Shown here: one piece after another, positions 28,280 through 32,000 of the stretch
Numbering within the stretch: the first letter of the stretch is position 1
Layout of the letters: each line of letters opens with the position of its first letter
Origin: Bacillus subtilis subsp. subtilis str. 168
GTDB lineage: Bacteria; Bacillota; Bacilli; Bacillales; Bacillaceae
Direction: 5' to 3'
NCBI RefSeq assembly: GCF_000009045.1
Contig: NC_000964.3
Span: forward strand, 3,180,001-3,212,000
Length of the DNA stretch: 32,000 nucleotides
Translations under genes and position numbers: made by a program
Notes under the pieces: generated by a model
Told to the model about the DNA's origin: nothing
What the model saw: only the letters and a program-made list of their open reading frames with translations
Database searches by the model: none

Positions 28280-30268
28280 TTATTTGTCTACTTTAAATTG
28301 TTTTGTCAGATCACGGAGTTCTTCAGACATTCTTTCAAGCGTCAGTGCAGATGAACTAATCTCCTCCATGGATGCCAGCTGTTCCTCAGCTGAAGCGGCG
28401 ATATCTTGGATGCCATCCGAGCTTTCCTTAGAAATGGCAGTGATATCATTTGAAGCTGCGGAAATTTCTTGAGCTCCCGCTGACAGCTCCTCAACCGTCG
28501 CATTCATGTTTTGCAGCTCGGAAGCAATTTGATTGGTCATTTGCGATATATGTTTGAAGCTCTGTTTAGTTTCATCCGTCATGACAAGCCCTGTTTCAAC
28601 TTCTTTGTTTACGGACTGAAGCACGTTCAGTGATGTGTGAATTTCTTTTACTATTTCACTGATCAGCGATTCAATTTCTTTTGCTGAGTCAGCCGACTGT
28701 ACCGCGAGCTTTCTCACTTCCTCAGCGACGACTGAGAAGCCCCGGCCGTATTCACCCGCTCTGGCAGCTTCAATGGCGGCATTTAAAGCCAAAAGATTGG
28801 TTTGATCCGCAATGCCGTTGATGACACGCAAAATATTCGTGATATCCTTTGATTTGATCTCCAGCCCTTTCACCACTTGTTCCGCTGCTTTTACGGAATG
28901 GTCAATTGTGTTCATTTGGCCGGCTGTTTTCTGGACGAGTGTCTCCCCTTTGCTTGACACTTCGGTTGAATCTGCGGATGTTTCTGTAATCACTGCTGCA
29001 GCCCGCGCCAGCTCTGCCAATCCGTCATTCATTTCATTAATTTGTTCGGTTGTCGTTTCTATTTTCTCGCTTTGGCTTTCACTGCCGTTTGAAAATTGCT
29101 CGATAGCCATCGTAATGTGCTCAGTGGCTCTGCTTGTCTGGTCTGCCGATGCAGTCAGCTCTTCAGACGAGGAGGCAACGTGTTCTACTGAGTCTTTGAT
29201 CCCGTGAATGAGCGAGCGAAGCGAGTGTGCCATATGATTGAAGCTCTCACTCAGAACGCCGAGTTCATCTTTTGAATTGATTTCAATCGTTTCGGTTAGA
29301 TCGCCTTCACTAATTTTTTCAGCGGATGCGACAATGCGTCTCAATGGCTTTGTGATGGATCGAATCACAAAATAAATCGCCGTCATTCCAGCTCCGATGG
29401 CAATCGCCAGAACGATTGAAGCCATGATCAGAACCCTGCTTGCAGCATCGTGAATCTCGTTTGCATACATCGTGCCGCTGATTTTCCAGCCTGTTGTTTG
29501 GCTTGTTGCAAATGCCATTTTTTTCTTTTTGCCTTTGTACGTATATTCAAAGTCCCCGCTTTTATCCTTGTAGAGCTTATCAACCCAGTCCCCTTTTAGC
29601 TCTGTTCCCGCTTTTTCTCCGGAGTAGGCGATGACTTTCTTGTTTTGGCTCAAAATAAAAGCATAGCCTTCTTTTCCGATATTGATTCCTTTCGCGGTAG
29701 TGACTAAGTCATCAATTTTCATATCAATGGCGACAACGCCTGACCCATCCACCGTTTGACGGGCGATGGTGACGACCATTTTTCCTGATGAAATCGATTC
29801 ATAAGGCTCAGTGACAATTGTTTTGCCTTTATTGGCCATTGCTTCTTTGTACCAATCTCGTTCCAAAGCATTAAAGTCGCTTGGCATGTCAGCGTACGGA
29901 TAACGTGTGAAGTCCCCGTCTTTGCCGCTTGAAAATACCGCAGCGACATTATCATTCATTTGGATAAATTGTTTAAATTCCTGTTTCAGCTCTGTTTTCT
30001 TTTTATCCTGAAATTTTTCTGCTGTAGCCCAATCGCTGAAATATGCGAGGCTTTTTTCAGTAGTGCTGATTTTATCATCAATGATGTGATCTAATATCTG
30101 AACATTTTCCTTTGCGCTTTGCGTCATCTGTACATCAAGTGAGGCAACTGCTGATTGATAAGCGCTAACCGAAAGGGCGGTTATCGGAACAATTAAGATC
30201 AGCAGGAAAGAAATAATAAGTCTCCTTGCAATTGATGATCTGCGAATAGTGGTGAGTGTTTTTTTCAT
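28280..30268 (-). CDS. tlpA: Methyl-accepting chemotaxis protein TlpA
   Basis: 662 aa MCP, paralogous to neighbours. Confidence 0.9.
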   Translation of the reverse strand: MKKTLTTIRRSSIARRLIISFLLILIVPITALSVSAYQSAVASLDVQMTQSAKENVQILDHIIDDKISTTEKSLAYFSDWATAEKFQDKKKTELKQEFKQFIQMNDNVAAVFSSGKDGDFTRYPYADMPSDFNALERDWYKEAMANKGKTIVTEPYESISSGKMVVTIARQTVDGSGVVAIDMKIDDLVTTAKGINIGKEGYAFILSQNKKVIAYSGEKAGTELKGDWVDKLYKDKSGDFEYTYKGKKKKMAFATSQTTGWKISGTMYANEIHDAASRVLIMASIVLAIAIGAGMTAIYFVIRSITKPLRRIVASAEKISEGDLTETIEINSKDELGVLSESFNHMAHSLRSLIHGIKDSVEHVASSSEELTASADQTSRATEHITMAIEQFSNGSESQSEKIETTTEQINEMNDGLAELARAAAVITETSADSTEVSSKGETLVQKTAGQMNTIDHSVKAAEQVVKGLEIKSKDITNILRVINGIADQTNLLALNAAIEAARAGEYGRGFSVVAEEVRKLAVQSADSAKEIESLISEIVKEIHTSLNVLQSVNKEVETGLVMTDETKQSFKHISQMTNQIASELQNMNATVEELSAGAQEISAASNDITAISKESSDGIQDIAASAEEQLASMEEISSSALTLERMSEELRDLTKQFKVDK

Positions 30269-30303
30269 TTCCTTTTGAACCTTCTTTCAATAATTTACAA
30301 ATT

Positions 30304-30330
30304 ATATCGGCGGATCTTCCTTTAAATTAC
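30304..30330 (-). promoter_or_regulatory. sigD-type promoter of tlpA
   Basis: Minus strand GTAA-N15-GCCGATAT. Confidence 0.7.
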
Positions 30331-30409
30331 ATTGAAAATGGAGGAAAAAATGAAAAATAGTTCTAAATTCACCTGTTAAACTAGGACTTTATTATTGTTT
30401 ACCATATAA

Positions 30410-30438
30410 AAAAACAGCGCTTTGATAGCGCTGTTTTT
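30410..30438 (-). terminator. Terminator of mcpB
   Basis: AAAAACAGCGCTttgatAGCGCTGTTTTT. Confidence 0.9.
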
Positions 30439-30444
30439 CGGTTT

Positions 30445-32000
30445 TTACTCGATTTTAAATTGTTTCGTCAGATCGCGAAGCTCTTCTGCCATCTGCGCAA
30501 GAGTCGTCGCTGAGGAACTGATTTCTTCCATGGAAGCAAGCTGTTCTTCAGCTGATGCGGCAATGTCCTGGATGCTTGCCGAGCTTTCTTTCGACACGTC
30601 TGCAATGCCGCTGACTGCTGCTGAAACATGCTGTGAACGGTCTGACAGCTGCTCGACGGTGGAATTCATCGTCTGCAGCTTGCCCGCGATTTCGTTTGTC
30701 ATGCTGAAAATGCTCTGGAAGCTTTCTTTTGTATTGTCTGTGACAACAAGTCCGGACTGTACTTCCTGATTGACCTCTTTAAACATGTGAAGAGAGGTGT
30801 CGATTTCTGCGACGATTTCTTGGATCAGCTTTTCGATTTCTTTCGCTGAATCGGCTGATTGGACAGCCAGCTTGCGCACCTCCTCCGCTACGACAGAGAA
30901 GCCGCGTCCTGACTCTCCGGCACGCGCCGCTTCAATGGCTGCATTTAGTGCAAGCAGATTTGTTTGGTCAGCGATTCCGTTGATGACTCTCAAAATGCTT
31001 GTGATGTCTTTTGATTTTCCTTCTAAGCCTTTGACAACAGCTTCAGCCTGCTGAACAGATTGATTAATCGAGTTCATTTGTCCGACTGTCTGCTGCACAA
31101 ACTTCTCACCCGTTCCGGCGATTTCCGTTGATTGGATAGATGCCTTTGTAATATCTGACGATGTTTGTGAGACTTGCTGGAGTCCTTCATTCATTAAGTT
31201 CAGCTGATGAGAGCTGGATTCAACCTTTTCGCTTTGCTCCTCGTTTCCGTTTGAGAACTGCTCAATCGCCATCGTAATATGCTCGGTGGCTTTACTCGTC
31301 TGCCCGGCAGATGCGGTAAGCTGTTCGGAAGATGCGGCCACATTGTTCACCGAGTCCTGAATAGCGCTGATCAGAGAGCGGAGAGATTGTCCCATTTCAT
31401 TGAAGCTTTCCCCAAGCTCTCCAAGCTCATCCTTTGAATGGATTTCGATCGTTTCGGTCAGATCCCCCCTGCTGATCGTTTTCGATGATTGAACAAGACG
31501 TTTTAACGGTTTTGTAATCGAACGAACGATAAACAGAATTAAAATTCCGCCTGCCACAATGGAAGCAATCAGCACAATCATTCCTGTTGTCAGCACAGAC
31601 TTTGAGGCATCCTTAATTTCATCCATATACATTGTGCCGGCTATTTTCCAACCAGTCAGTTCGTTTGTAGTATAGGTCATCTTTTTATCTTCGTTATTAA
31701 GAGTATACTGGAGTTCACCGCTGTCATTCGCATACATTTTGGCTACCCAGTCGCCTGAAAGCTTTTCTCCAGCCTTATGGTTCTTGTGGGCGACATAGGT
31801 TTTGTTTTTTGTTGCAATGAAAGCATAACCTTCTTTTCCGACCTTGATTTGTTTCATTTGTTCTAACAATTTATCAATGGTAATATCCATGGCGACAACG
31901 CCAGATCCGTCCTTCAGCTCCTGTGCAATGGTAATGACCATGCTTCCGTCACTCGCAGCCACGTAAGGATCTGTCACGACAATTTCACCGCCGGCCTTCA
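30445..32000 (-). CDS. mcpB: Methyl-accepting chemotaxis protein McpB, 5' end beyond window
   Basis: Open to window edge; partial dCache-like sensor, HAMP, MCP domain; fourth tandem paralogue. Confidence 0.88.
   Translation of the reverse strand, partial: KAGGEIVVTDPYVAASDGSMVITIAQELKDGSGVVAMDITIDKLLEQMKQIKVGKEGYAFIATKNKTYVAHKNHKAGEKLSGDWVAKMYANDSGELQYTLNNEDKKMTYTTNELTGWKIAGTMYMDEIKDASKSVLTTGMIVLIASIVAGGILILFIVRSITKPLKRLVQSSKTISRGDLTETIEIHSKDELGELGESFNEMGQSLRSLISAIQDSVNNVAASSEQLTASAGQTSKATEHITMAIEQFSNGNEEQSEKVESSSHQLNLMNEGLQQVSQTSSDITKASIQSTEIAGTGEKFVQQTVGQMNSINQSVQQAEAVVKGLEGKSKDITSILRVINGIADQTNLLALNAAIEAARAGESGRGFSVVAEEVRKLAVQSADSAKEIEKLIQEIVAEIDTSLHMFKEVNQEVQSGLVVTDNTKESFQSIFSMTNEIAGKLQTMNSTVEQLSDRSQHVSAAVSGIADVSKESSASIQDIAASAEEQLASMEEISSSATTLAQMAEELRDLTKQFKIE

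Noticed and set aside
24075-31054. Numerous plus-strand ORFs (up to 177 aa) and short minus-strand alternative-frame ORFs in the MCP genes
   Set aside because: The same mirror ORFs recur at equivalent positions of each paralogue and follow the codon bias of the conserved MCP domain; they are shadows of the real genes.
24067-32000. Repetitive DNA considered as a mobile element or repeat array
   Set aside because: Repetition is explained by full-length paralogous receptor genes; no terminal inverted repeats or transposase.

Overview
Ordinary, colinear Bacillus subtilis-group chromosome; every long ORF maps to a recognisable core gene. Order: yuaI (partial)-floT/yuaG-yuaF (sigW operon), yuaE, yuaD, gbsB-gbsA / gbsR, bslA (yuaB), c-di-AMP riboswitch-ktrA-ktrB, yubF, lytG, yubD, cdoA (yubC), tRNA-Ala(GGC), uppP (yubB), yubA, yulF, the rhamnose operon rhaEW-rhaR-rhaB-rhaM-rhaA, and four tandem chemoreceptor genes tlpB, mcpA, tlpA, mcpB (partial). 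No CRISPR array, transposase, phage gene or convincing new defence or biosynthetic system was found. The signals worth a second look are regulatory: paired GTTAA/TTAAC palindromes at both gbsAB and gbsR promoters, a 21-bp-phased direct repeat plus a cre-like site on the rhaEW promoter, a leader hairpin ahead of the yubD efflux gene, a long structured leader ahead of cdoA, a 13-codon ORF with a good Shine-Dalgarno that runs into the tRNA terminator, and an unexplained hairpin between yubA and uppP. Several six-frame ORFs have N-terminal extensions that overlap promoters or terminators, and I trimmed them. Names rest on recognising protein motifs and gene order from memory, not on a database search.
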